A DNA stretch of 64,000 nt from Candidatus Iainarchaeum sp. (GTDB taxonomy: Archaea > Iainarchaeota > Iainarchaeia > Iainarchaeales > JAGVWC01), in contig JAGVWC010000008.1 of NCBI GenBank assembly GCA_018304465.1, positions 108,096-172,095 of the forward strand, given 5' to 3'. A program made the translations under genes and the position numbers. Under the pieces are notes generated by a model that was not told the origin of the DNA, ran no database searches, and saw nothing but the letters and a program-made list of their open reading frames with translations. Position 1 is the first letter of the stretch. Every line of letters begins with the position of its first letter. Shown in pieces: positions 19,203 to 28,393 of this stretch.

Positions 19203-20240
19203 ATGCCCGCACGCAAAATCCCCCAGCAAAAAGCCAATGCCCGGCTACGCAAAAAAATCCCAAAAAACTGGGACAGCCTGGATCCAAAGCATATTCCGGA
19301 CAAACGGCAAAGAGACAAACTCAAACGAATACTGCCCATTCCCGGCAAACTAAAGAAATTTCTGGCCAAGCGAAAAATACGGCCCTTTGCCCCCAAAGAA
19401 CGCGGATTCCGCTTACCCAACCAGGAAATCGGCCCCATCAAACGCGCGACCAACCGAATGCGTTTCATTTACGACCACTACTGGTCCACTTCAGCCGCCG
19501 AAATCGCACAACGCCAACGACTTCAAAAACAGATCCACCAAGGACACAGCCAATTCACGAACCTGACACGATGGGAAAAAAGACGCTTGAACGAATTACT
19601 CCAACAACAAATCGCGGCAATCGGAAGAGAACGCGGACGCTTTCAAAACAAATACAAAGTCGTTGACGATCGGATCGATGACGAAGCCCTGCGACGACTG
19701 GACATCCACCCGGATTATCCCGCGGTTCACTCCCGACGCGCGTACATGGAAAACCTTCGAGACGCGCTTCGAAAACCAGGACAACACGCCGTCGGACTCG
19801 TGGACGTCGACAACTTGTCCCGTGTAAGCACTGAAATCGATCACGCCAAAGCCGGAAAAATCGTCGATATTTTGGCCGAAAGCCTCTCCGAAGTCCTAAA
19901 ACCGCGCCGCGGATTTGCATGCGTGTACGGCGGGGACGAACTCTATATTTATCTTCCGCGAAACCTCCGAGAATCCGAACTGATCATGGACGTACGGTTT
20001 CGCGAAGCATTTGAGCGGAGAATAGAAAAATTCCCCGAACTAAAACGACTCGTCAAAAGAAACAACATTGATTTCACCGGCGTCGTCCAAGACTTTTCAT
20101 CGGACACACCGCGCATCGGATTCCAACCGGACAGCGTTGTGGAAGGACTCAGCCGGCAAGTCAATCGCATCAAGAAAAAGAAAAAACGCAAAGGAATCGT
20201 CGTAAGCCTCAGCAGAAGCGGCCGCGAAGTCAATGTTTAA
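19203..20240 (+). CDS. GGDEF-like nucleotide cyclase palm-domain protein with basic coiled-coil N-terminal region
   Basis: C-terminal half reads RRAYMENLRDAL...HAVGLVDVDNLSRVSTEIDHAKAGKIVDILAESL...RRGFACVYGGDELYIYLP, collinear with the GGDEF fold (NRRxF - LxMxDxDxFKxxND - GHxxGDxVL - RYGGEEF). Confidence 0.55.
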   Translation: MPARKIPQQKANARLRKKIPKNWDSLDPKHIPDKRQRDKLKRILPIPGKLKKFLAKRKIRPFAPKERGFRLPNQEIGPIKRATNRMRFIYDHYWSTSAAEIAQRQRLQKQIHQGHSQFTNLTRWEKRRLNELLQQQIAAIGRERGRFQNKYKVVDDRIDDEALRRLDIHPDYPAVHSRRAYMENLRDALRKPGQHAVGLVDVDNLSRVSTEIDHAKAGKIVDILAESLSEVLKPRRGFACVYGGDELYIYLPRNLRESELIMDVRFREAFERRIEKFPELKRLVKRNNIDFTGVVQDFSSDTPRIGFQPDSVVEGLSRQVNRIKKKKKRKGIVVSLSRSGREVNV

Positions 20241-21028
20241 GACCGGCTTTTTTCTTTTGCACCTTGCTTCACGCCGCGCATGATCGATTGCATCATTTCT
20301 TTGGCTTTTGCCAAATCCCCATTCGCTTTTTCGACCATCGAACCGACATGCACGATATCCGCACCCGCTGTGATGGTTTCAAACGCGAATTGCTCCGAGC
20401 GAACGCCGCCCGCAACCAACAGCGGAATGTCGATCATTTTTTTCACGTACGAAATCATTTCAGGCGGAGCCGGACTCGGTGCGCCGCCGCCAGATTCCAA
20501 AATCACGAGTTGACTTCCCATCATCTGGCCCGCTAACGCCGTTGCCGCCGCCAAATAAGGCAATTCCCGCGGAATCAAACGCGCTCTTCCGACCCAACCC
20601 ACCGCGCGACCGGGTTCGACGATCACGTAACTCGTCGGAATCGTTTCAAGCCCCATGCGCTTGATCGGCATGGACGCCACGGTCTGGGCGCCGGACAAAT
20701 AATACGGATCATCCGAATTCAACAAGCTCATAAAATACATCGCGTCGGCTTTCGGAGACAACGAAGCGATGTTACCCGGAAACAGCACGACTGGCAACGA
20801 AGAAACCTCTTTGATCGACGAAATCGTCTGATCCAAAATCTCGCCTTGCGCGCCAACGCTTCCGCCAACCGCGATCGCCGAAAAACCGGTTTCTTCCGCA
20901 AGACGCGCGATTTTTCCCGCTTTTTCCGGAGACTGGTTCGGCGGATCGATCACCAAAAACGCCAAGCCGCGCTTTGAATCAAGCTCGGACAAAATCTTGG
21001 ACCAGGTTTTTTTTGAAACAGGTTTCAA
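20237..21028 (-). CDS. Geranylgeranylglyceryl phosphate synthase (PcrB/GGGPS family)
   Basis: TIM-barrel motifs AIAVGGS, LVILESGGGAPSP, PLLVAGGVRS; 263 aa. Confidence 0.8.
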   Translation of the reverse strand: MKPVSKKTWSKILSELDSKRGLAFLVIDPPNQSPEKAGKIARLAEETGFSAIAVGGSVGAQGEILDQTISSIKEVSSLPVVLFPGNIASLSPKADAMYFMSLLNSDDPYYLSGAQTVASMPIKRMGLETIPTSYVIVEPGRAVGWVGRARLIPRELPYLAAATALAGQMMGSQLVILESGGGAPSPAPPEMISYVKKMIDIPLLVAGGVRSEQFAFETITAGADIVHVGSMVEKANGDLAKAKEMMQSIMRGVKQGAKEKSRS

Positions 21029-21054
21029 TCCATCACCGAATAGATACGGCCACG

Positions 21055-21546
21055 CTACTTCTTTTTCGAGGCCGCTTGTTTTTTTTTAAGAATCTCAATT
21101 ACTTTTTCGATCGCTACCTGACCGGCATGAATGTATAACGCGGGAGCATTTTCGTCCGCTTGAGGATTGCTGTGTCTTGCTTCGATTAACGCATCTTCAT
21201 ATGCCGATTCAAACAACACCCGCGCACGCGGAGCCTTCAAAGCGCGCGCCACGACCAGTCGCGGGTCCGCCTTACACGAAACGCAATAAGACAAAAGCAC
21301 GGGACTTCTTAACGCGCCGCGCATAAACATTCCGTTAATCTTAGCGGCAGTGGGTTCAACAGGGCCCCTCGGAACGGGTGTTGGCGCTTTCACTTCGGGT
21401 GCTACCGCCTTTTTTTTTGGTGAAATCAGGCTTTTGAGGCGGTTCCAACCCGTTCGAATTCTTCCAGCCATGCACAAATCAAGCAGAGCAGAGTTTATAT
21501 TCTTTCTGTTCGTTGCCACGAGATTAAAAACAAAACACACGAACAA
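21055..21546 (-). CDS. Hypothetical protein (start uncertain; several internal Met)
   Basis: ORF with KKKAVAPEVKAPTPVP linker and conserved-looking C-terminal domain; no family assigned. Confidence 0.35.
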   Translation of the reverse strand: MFVCFVFNLVATNRKNINSALLDLCMAGRIRTGWNRLKSLISPKKKAVAPEVKAPTPVPRGPVEPTAAKINGMFMRGALRSPVLLSYCVSCKADPRLVVARALKAPRARVLFESAYEDALIEARHSNPQADENAPALYIHAGQVAIEKVIEILKKKQAASKKK

Positions 21547-21560
21547 ACATACGGAGCCCC

Positions 21561-22421
21561 ATGAACCCGATTCCGTCCGGATTACTGAACCAATACCTGG
21601 AAAAAACAGGCAAATCTCCCGAAGAAGCCGAAAAATTAATCAGGGAAAAAACCGCCAAATTCGCGGGACTATTAACGGAAGAAGCCGCGTTGTTTTTACT
21701 TGCCAAAGAAGCGGGAATCAATCCGGACCTTGCCACCAAAACCATCCAACCCGTTCCGATCCAGCAACTCGAACCCGGACAAACCAACATCGACGTTTTG
21801 TGCGTGGCCAAACACGTGTATCCCATCAAGGAATTTCCCAACAAAAACAAACCCGGCACGGGAAAACGCGGGTCTTTGCTGGTATGCGACGAAACCGGCG
21901 AAATTTATCTCACCTTATGGCACCAGCACACGGATTTGATCAAAACCGTTTCCATCGGAACGCCGATTCTTCTTTCGAACGTATCCGTTACCGAATACAA
22001 CGGACAAAAACAACTCAACTTCGGATTCAAAAGCGGATTCGACGCCAATCCCACCGCGGTTTCCACCCACACCTTGCCGAATTTTAAAACCGAAACCATG
22101 GCCATCGAAAAAATCGAAGGCGGACAATACAACCTCAACGTATCCGGAACCATCACCAAATTGTTTCCCGTCAAAAGCTTTGAAAACGACCGCGACAGCG
22201 GCGAGTACCGCGCGTTTGAAATCAAAGACGATTCCGCGATCATCCGATGCGTCGCCTGGAACGACGCCGCAACCCAAACCGAAAAGCTAAAAGAAGGCGA
22301 CGCCGTACTTATTGAAAACGCGTACTCGAAAACCAACCGAAACGACGAAACCGAACTGCACTTAGGAGACAAAAGCCGCGTCGTCAGTCAATCCCAAACC
22401 AGAGGAGAGTCCACGTCGTGA
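21561..22421 (+). CDS. ssb: Replication protein A / single-stranded DNA-binding protein with two OB folds
   Basis: Two OB-fold units (NIDVLCVAKHVYPIKEF...TGEIYLTLW and LNVSGTITKLFPVKSF...DDSAIIRCVAWN). Confidence 0.7.
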   Translation: MNPIPSGLLNQYLEKTGKSPEEAEKLIREKTAKFAGLLTEEAALFLLAKEAGINPDLATKTIQPVPIQQLEPGQTNIDVLCVAKHVYPIKEFPNKNKPGTGKRGSLLVCDETGEIYLTLWHQHTDLIKTVSIGTPILLSNVSVTEYNGQKQLNFGFKSGFDANPTAVSTHTLPNFKTETMAIEKIEGGQYNLNVSGTITKLFPVKSFENDRDSGEYRAFEIKDDSAIIRCVAWNDAATQTEKLKEGDAVLIENAYSKTNRNDETELHLGDKSRVVSQSQTRGESTS

Positions 22422-23137
22422 AACCCGCCCGAATCCCAAAATCGCGTCCCAAAGGATTTCAAACGCGATGGGAAAAAAAACGAATTTTGCGAGACAAAAA
22501 ACGAATCAATCAAGGAAAAAAAACGCTTGCCGAACCATTGGTACTGGCAAGCCCGAGCGAAAGACGCGCGGCACTTGCGAAAGGACAAATGCTTTCTTAC
22601 AACGGTCCGCAAAAAATCGAACTTCCTCTTGTCATCACTTTGAACCACGAAAGCCTAGTTCTCCAAGGTGCCTACCGAACCCCCGACAGTCGAATACTCA
22701 CCCTGCGCTTTTCGCCCAGCCATGACCTGCTGTCCTTATACGAATTCGAAATGGGACCGGAACCAACGGAACGCGCAATACAACCCGCATGGATCACCGC
22801 CGAACCTAGTTTGGGACACATGGAAATTTCGCGAAATCTGCGGGGCCGGGGCATCGGATTAAAAGCCGCTTCAAAAGCCGAACGCACCAACCGAGCCATT
22901 CAACAAGGCCACCATCAATTCCGAGCATTGAACCGGTTTACGCCTGTTTTTTCAAAGTTACACTATGCTTTGATTGAAGAAGGCGAATTTGCGTCTGTTT
23001 TTTTTTTTAAAAAAGGAAAACATCAGCCCCGTGATAACCTATCGGCTTTCCATCGAATCGAAGCTATTGATCCAAAAACAGGCAAAGCCAGAATTTTTAC
23101 TTTTCCAATTTCAATAAAAGAGGAATCAAAAGTATGA
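22418..23137 (+). CDS. GNAT-like acetyltransferase-fold protein with basic N-terminal tail (paralog 1)
   Basis: LRGRGIGLKAASKAER...KLHYALIEEGEF resembles GNAT motif A/B; K/R-rich first 40 aa; start overlaps ssb stop. Confidence 0.4.
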   Translation: MKPARIPKSRPKGFQTRWEKKRILRDKKRINQGKKTLAEPLVLASPSERRAALAKGQMLSYNGPQKIELPLVITLNHESLVLQGAYRTPDSRILTLRFSPSHDLLSLYEFEMGPEPTERAIQPAWITAEPSLGHMEISRNLRGRGIGLKAASKAERTNRAIQQGHHQFRALNRFTPVFSKLHYALIEEGEFASVFFFKKGKHQPRDNLSAFHRIEAIDPKTGKARIFTFPISIKEESKV

Positions 23138-23916
23138 AACCGCGCCACAGCGTCCGAACCCGTACTCTCGGACAAAAAACAAAATGGGAACGCAAACGCG
23201 AAAGACGAACCGAAAAACGGATAACCGCCAAAAAAAAACCATTCGTCCAACCGCTCGCGCTGGCATCCACCAAAGAATTTCAAGAAGGACTTCAACACGG
23301 GCAACTCGTCGTCTACGACGGTGCGGAAAGAATTCCGTTGGATCTCGTGGGTTCCCCGGTTCATCTGCAGGGAGGCGTTTTAAAGGAATACCTGCAAGGC
23401 GTCTACAAATTATTCGACGGCACGCGCATCACGGTCCGATTTGCCCCCATGCACCAACGAGGCCAGGGAATGCTGGTGGTGCGCCAGTTAAAAAAAATCC
23501 GAAACGAGTACGTGGAAATACCCGTTCGAAACGCGTTTTATGAAAGCGCGTTCGCATTCGCTTTCGACGACCTGAGCCACATGTATCTTCCGCCCCAGTG
23601 GCGAGGCGAAAAACTCGGAACAAAACTCGCGTCAAAAGCCGAACGACACATGCGAAGCATCGGAAACGGAACCCATTCGTTTATTCCTAGCCCCGGATTT
23701 CGAAGACTCTTCCTGCAGGAAAGACCAGTTCCCGGACAAAAAAAACCCAAAAAAATTCTCGGATACACGACCAGCCCCAACGGAGGCGCGGACATCACAA
23801 AAACCGGAAAATCGTATCCAAGCGAAAATCTTGGGCAATATCACAACATCGAAGTGATCGATCCTGGCACCGGCCGAAAAGTCAACCTCGTGATTCCGGT
23901 TCAAAACAATCCCTGA
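23134..23916 (+). CDS. GNAT-like acetyltransferase-fold protein with basic N-terminal tail (paralog 2)
   Basis: Paralogous to the upstream ORF (KPxxxxRxRxxGQKTxWExKRxxRxxKRI; LASKAER box); start overlaps upstream stop. Confidence 0.4.
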   Translation: MKPRHSVRTRTLGQKTKWERKRERRTEKRITAKKKPFVQPLALASTKEFQEGLQHGQLVVYDGAERIPLDLVGSPVHLQGGVLKEYLQGVYKLFDGTRITVRFAPMHQRGQGMLVVRQLKKIRNEYVEIPVRNAFYESAFAFAFDDLSHMYLPPQWRGEKLGTKLASKAERHMRSIGNGTHSFIPSPGFRRLFLQERPVPGQKKPKKILGYTTSPNGGADITKTGKSYPSENLGQYHNIEVIDPGTGRKVNLVIPVQNNP

Positions 23917-23959
23917 TCCGCCCCACCGAAATCAACAAAAACCCCAAACAGGATGTTAG

Positions 23960-24838
23960 ATGTACATGGTTCTTGAAACCGCGAGCCTCATCGCGCTTGC
24001 TGCCGTCATCTGCTGGGGATTCGGAGACTACTTCATCCAGCAAACCGTCCGAAAAATCGGAAGCGTCCAATCGCTTTTCTTCATCGGACTCATCGGAAGC
24101 ATCCTGATGCTGCCGCTCGTGTGGACGGAGCTACCGCTTGCGTTCCAACCCGAAAACGCGTTGTTTCTCATCGGAATCGGAGTCTTAACGTTCATTGTCG
24201 CGCTCATCTTGTTCGAATCCTTAAAAGAAGGAAAACTATCCGTCGTCGACGTGATATTCGAATTCGAATTGCCCATCACGGTTTTGCTGGCATTGTTTTT
24301 TTTCGGAGAACAACTGACCCTGATCCAAGGGTTTCTCATCGGACTCATTTTCGTCGGAATCCTCCTCATCGCGCTCGAACACCTCCACATCAAAAAAATC
24401 GTTCACTCGCTCGAAAAAGGCGTACTACTCGCGTTGATCGGATCCGTCGGAATGGGATTCCTTAATTTTTACACCGCGAGCGCCTCGCGCACCATCACCC
24501 CGGGACTTGCGATTTTCGTTCCGTGGGTCATCTACGGAACCCTTTCTTTGGCCGTGATCATGATGCGAAAAGAAACCCACTCCCTTTGGTCAAATTTTCG
24601 AAAATACCCGCACATTATTTTGGGTCAATCGATTCTGGACAGCCTCGCATGGATGTTTTTCGCGGTGGCGCTTTCCCAACACAGCGCCGCCATCGTCACC
24701 GCGATCACGGAAAGCTACCCGGCCTTGGCCTTGTTTTTGGGCGTGTGGTTCAACAAAGAAAAAATCGCGTCCCACCAAATGATTGGCGCTGCGGTCGCGC
24801 TAGGTGCCTGCGTGATCCTCGCATTCTACGCGGGATAA
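23960..24838 (+). CDS. EamA/DMT-superfamily transporter
   Basis: 10-TM duplicated EamA pattern, 292 aa. Confidence 0.65.
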   Translation: MYMVLETASLIALAAVICWGFGDYFIQQTVRKIGSVQSLFFIGLIGSILMLPLVWTELPLAFQPENALFLIGIGVLTFIVALILFESLKEGKLSVVDVIFEFELPITVLLALFFFGEQLTLIQGFLIGLIFVGILLIALEHLHIKKIVHSLEKGVLLALIGSVGMGFLNFYTASASRTITPGLAIFVPWVIYGTLSLAVIMMRKETHSLWSNFRKYPHIILGQSILDSLAWMFFAVALSQHSAAIVTAITESYPALALFLGVWFNKEKIASHQMIGAAVALGACVILAFYAG

Positions 24839-24849
24839 CACTCACCAAC

Positions 24850-25690
24850 GCATTTTACGGCGGCTGAAGGTTCGTCAAAAATCAGAATTGCTGTCGCGGT
24901 CTTGGCCGGTGAAGCATGGCCACATTTGCGCTTGGAATCGTTGTTTCTCCGGTTCAGGCTTTTCAAAAAAGTCGGTGCCCATAAAACTCTCGGTCCAACT
25001 GTTCCATCAACCAGGTTAATTTTCTTCCCGCCACCGACTCCCATTTCTTGTATACGGCAAGAACGGGATTTTTTTGGGTTTGCCGTCGACGCTTTTATGG
25101 AACCGGTCCACCACTGCGGTATCGGGCCGAAAATCCTTTCGGCGTGCATCGTCCCGACATTACTTGTGTGAGACAGTTTTTTTCCGGCGCGACACACGCA
25201 ACCGCGCCGCCACGTTTCGAATGCCGCTACGAATTGCACGACCCGTAGCCCGAACGGGCGCCTTCTGAAAACGATGCACCCACTGTTCCTTTCGGCGAAG
25301 CGACACCAGTTTCGCCCGCAACGCAAGAATATTCTTGTCTGCAAGCGCTATTCTCGTACGATGTGCACGCCCCAAACCCGCCGGACCCAATAAACGCGCA
25401 AATTCTGCAAGATCCCCACTGAGCGTTCTTTTCAAGCTTCGTTCCGCGGTTAGGCGTCGCCGTGCTTTGATGCGCCCAGCCGCCAGCCTGCGCCGCGTAC
25501 GTTCCAACAACCGTTGAGCGATTCGACCCATACTAATCGATCGAACAACTACCAAAAGGTTTAAAACCGTCACAGAAACGCCGTTCACCGGCAAACCACC
25601 CTCCCGATGTTTAAAAGCACCCAAACCGAAATAGAATATATTGGCGGACAAGACCGATTCCCTGCTCGGGGAAATTGGCCGTACAGCCGC
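24850..25690. ncRNA. Candidate structured non-coding RNA region (GC-rich, ORF-poor); weak RNase P RNA-like boxes
   Basis: About 850 bp without convincing ORFs; only R/W/C-rich spurious reverse ORFs. GC clearly above window average. AAAAGUCGGUGCCCAUA at 24967 resembles RNase P CR-I (GAAAGUCCGGGCUCCAUA) and CACAGAAACGCCG at 25571 resembles CR-V, but their spacing is too long for a single RNase P RNA. Confidence 0.25.
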
Positions 25691-25707
25691 CCACAGGAGG
25701 AAACAAC

Positions 25708-26778
25708 ATGAGCGAACGAACCGTCACGGTAAAACCGTCCAAACCAACCAAAGAAAAGGAAGAAAAAACCATTGAAGAACAAACTCTTTCTATGGACGAA
25801 ACCAAAACCGCCACTTCCGGAAAAAAAGAAGAAAGTGGAAAAGTCAAATCGATTACGGAACTACCCGGAATCGGACCCCAAACCGCTGAAAAACTCTTGC
25901 AAGCCGGATACAAAACCCTTGAATCCATCGCCGTCGCGTCCCCGATGGAATTAATGGAAGCCGCCGGCATCGGCGAAATCACCGCGGGAAAAGCCATTGG
26001 CGCCGCCCGCGAAAGCCTCGAAATGGGATACGAAACCGCCGACAAAATCCTTGCGCGACGCGAAACCCTTGAACGCATCTCCACCGGAAGCAAAGAACTC
26101 GACAGTTTAATCGGAGGCGGCGTCGAAACCCAAAGCATCACCGAAGTCTACGGACAATACGCCAGCGGAAAAACCCAGTGGGCATTCCAGCTATGCGTCA
26201 TGACGCAGCTTCCCACCGAACAAGGCGGACTATCCGGAAACATCCTTTACATCGACTCCGAAAACTCGTTTCGACCCGAACGCGTGGTTTCGATTGCCAA
26301 AGCCAAAGGACTTGATCCCGAAAAAACCCTCAAAAACATTTTCGTGGCCCGCGCCTATAACGCCGACCACCAGATGTTACTCGCCGAAAAAGCGGTCGAA
26401 ATGATCGCACCCAAAAACATCAAACTCATCATCGTGGACTCGCTCACCAGCCTGTTTAGAAGCGAATTCATCGGACGCGGACAACTCTCCGACCGGCAGC
26501 AACGCCTCAACCGCCACATGCACACCTTGCAAAAAGTCGCGGAAATGCACAACGTCGCCGTGCTGGTCACCAACCAAGTCATGAGCCGACCCGACGTTTT
26601 GTTCGGAGACCCAACCAGTCCGATCGGCGGACACATCGTAGGACACAACTCGAAAACGCGAATCTATCTGCGAAAAGCAAAAGAAAACAAACGCGTCGCC
26701 AAGTTAGTGGACTCGCCATCCCTTCCAGACGGAGAAGCCATTTACTCGCTTACCGACGCCGGAATCGAAGACGCCTAA
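25708..26778 (+). CDS. radA: DNA repair and recombination protein RadA
   Basis: GGAGG RBS before ATG at 25708; N-terminal HhH (ITELPGIGPQTAEKLLQAGY), Walker A GQYASGKTQ, Walker B LIIVDS; no intein. Confidence 0.9.
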   Translation: MSERTVTVKPSKPTKEKEEKTIEEQTLSMDETKTATSGKKEESGKVKSITELPGIGPQTAEKLLQAGYKTLESIAVASPMELMEAAGIGEITAGKAIGAARESLEMGYETADKILARRETLERISTGSKELDSLIGGGVETQSITEVYGQYASGKTQWAFQLCVMTQLPTEQGGLSGNILYIDSENSFRPERVVSIAKAKGLDPEKTLKNIFVARAYNADHQMLLAEKAVEMIAPKNIKLIIVDSLTSLFRSEFIGRGQLSDRQQRLNRHMHTLQKVAEMHNVAVLVTNQVMSRPDVLFGDPTSPIGGHIVGHNSKTRIYLRKAKENKRVAKLVDSPSLPDGEAIYSLTDAGIEDA

Positions 26779-26889
26779 CGGCCTTTTACAAAGCCCGGGA
26801 AAACAAAGGGGTTTCGAAACGAAACCCCGTAATCTTTTTTTCGCCAGGTTAAAAAAACAATCCACACTCACACCATCTACCGCCGTACA

Positions 26890-27306
26890 ATGACGAGAGT
26901 ATCCCCTATGAGCAAGCCCAGCCAACCCAAATCCGCACATGGCGCGTTTCTTCGCCGAGGACACGTTCACTCTCGACGCCTGCGAGGCGTTTCCCCCACA
27001 CGCAAATCCGATTACGTGATTCCCATTCCATTCAACGGAAGAAAAAACAACCGCAAAAAAAAAGTAATTCCGCCTGAAATCCGCCAGCGCATCATCGAAC
27101 TCGCACGCGAAAAAACAAACCCCAAAAGCACGCTCACGGGGCTTGTGCGGCAAATTTTGTGGGACCTGCAAAGCCAAATAATAAAACCCCGACTCGGACC
27201 GGACAGCGTGCGAAGAGTCCTTGAAGAACACGCCCAAACAACCGACTACAAGCTTCCTGCAAAAACAGCGTTCGGAGGAAAAAGAACGTTCAACGGAAAA
27301 TCATGA
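26890..27306 (+). CDS. Hypothetical basic protein; central helix-turn-helix-like segment
   Basis: 138-aa ORF; EIRQRIIELAREKTNPKSTLTGLVRQIL resembles a transposase-type HTH but nothing else supports it. Confidence 0.3.
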   Translation: MTRVSPMSKPSQPKSAHGAFLRRGHVHSRRLRGVSPTRKSDYVIPIPFNGRKNNRKKKVIPPEIRQRIIELAREKTNPKSTLTGLVRQILWDLQSQIIKPRLGPDSVRRVLEEHAQTTDYKLPAKTAFGGKRTFNGKS

Positions 27307-28293
27307 CACCGTCAACCGCTTTGACGCCGCTTTTTTCAAACGATTCATCACGGAAAACCCAATCCCTCGTTCCGGCACGCCTTGCACGACCGCACGCTTG
27401 ATCTTGGCGTCGTCTAATGCGTGAAAAAACGCGAACAACCGCTTGCCCAGATCCGACGCGGAAGAAAACGAAAACACGACCCGGCCCGAAACGTTTTTCG
27501 CGACATTGCTCGAACAAATCACCGGAACGGACCGCGGAAGACCGTTAAAAAAAGAAGCCAATTTTTTTCCGAAACCAGTCACCACCGTAATCTTGCACGC
27601 AGGAGAATAATGTTTGTAACGCATTCCCGGGGACGCCACTTTTTTCGGACGCGCATCCGATACCAACGACGCATGAAAACGCACATCGGGCAACCAAGGC
27701 TTCAATTCCGAAATCCCGACCGGACCCGGACGCAAAACTACCTGATTTTCAAGGTCCAGCACCGTGGATTCGATGCCAAATACCGACGGACCGCCGTCCA
27801 GAATCGCGGAAACCCCCTTCATTTTTTTCACATGCCTTGACAACGTCGGGGACGGCTTGCTGGACGGATTCGCGCTTGGCGCCGCCACGGGAACATTCGC
27901 CATCGAGATCAGTTGTCGCGCAATCCGATTCGACGGCCACCGCACCGCGACCGTCGGCAAACCCGCGGTTACGATATCCGGAATCCGCGGCGAACGCAAA
28001 AACAAAACCGTCAACGGACCCGGCCAAAACCGCGACAAAAAACGCTTTTCTTTTTTGGACACCGACCGACCGATCACCAACGAAAGCATTTTCCAAGACG
28101 ACACGTGCACAATCGTCGGATTTTTCTTCGGACGACGCTTTGCAACAAAAATTTTTTCAACTGAATCCGGCAAAAACGCGTTAGCGCCAAGACCATACAC
28201 GGTCTCCGTTGGAAACACCACCAGCTTTCCCGAACGAATCAAATCCGCGCACAAACTGATGTTCTTTTTGGACGGAGAAAGCACGGATACCAT
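27301..28293 (-). CDS. sua5: L-threonylcarbamoyladenylate synthase (Sua5/YrdC family)
   Basis: VVFPTETVYGLGANAF YrdC motif plus Sua5 C-terminal domain; start taken at internal Met (MVSVLSPS). Confidence 0.75.
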   Translation of the reverse strand: MVSVLSPSKKNISLCADLIRSGKLVVFPTETVYGLGANAFLPDSVEKIFVAKRRPKKNPTIVHVSSWKMLSLVIGRSVSKKEKRFLSRFWPGPLTVLFLRSPRIPDIVTAGLPTVAVRWPSNRIARQLISMANVPVAAPSANPSSKPSPTLSRHVKKMKGVSAILDGGPSVFGIESTVLDLENQVVLRPGPVGISELKPWLPDVRFHASLVSDARPKKVASPGMRYKHYSPACKITVVTGFGKKLASFFNGLPRSVPVICSSNVAKNVSGRVVFSFSSASDLGKRLFAFFHALDDAKIKRAVVQGVPERGIGFSVMNRLKKAASKRLTVS

Positions 28294-28393
28294 ATATACA
28301 CCCAAAGACGATAGAATAAAAAAAACCCCATAAAAACGAAAATAGGACAAATTATACCGAATAAAAACAGTTTGTTCCAAAAATATCCCTATT

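Noticed and set aside
24826-25651. Reverse-strand ORFs of 172 and 163 aa in the GC-rich spacer
   Set aside because: R/W/C/A-rich composition atypical of this genome's proteins, mutually overlapping in different frames; more consistent with spurious ORFs over a structured RNA.
26890-27306. Possible transposase HTH remnant
   Set aside because: Only a short HTH-like stretch; no DDE/other catalytic motifs, terminal inverted repeats or flanking duplications.
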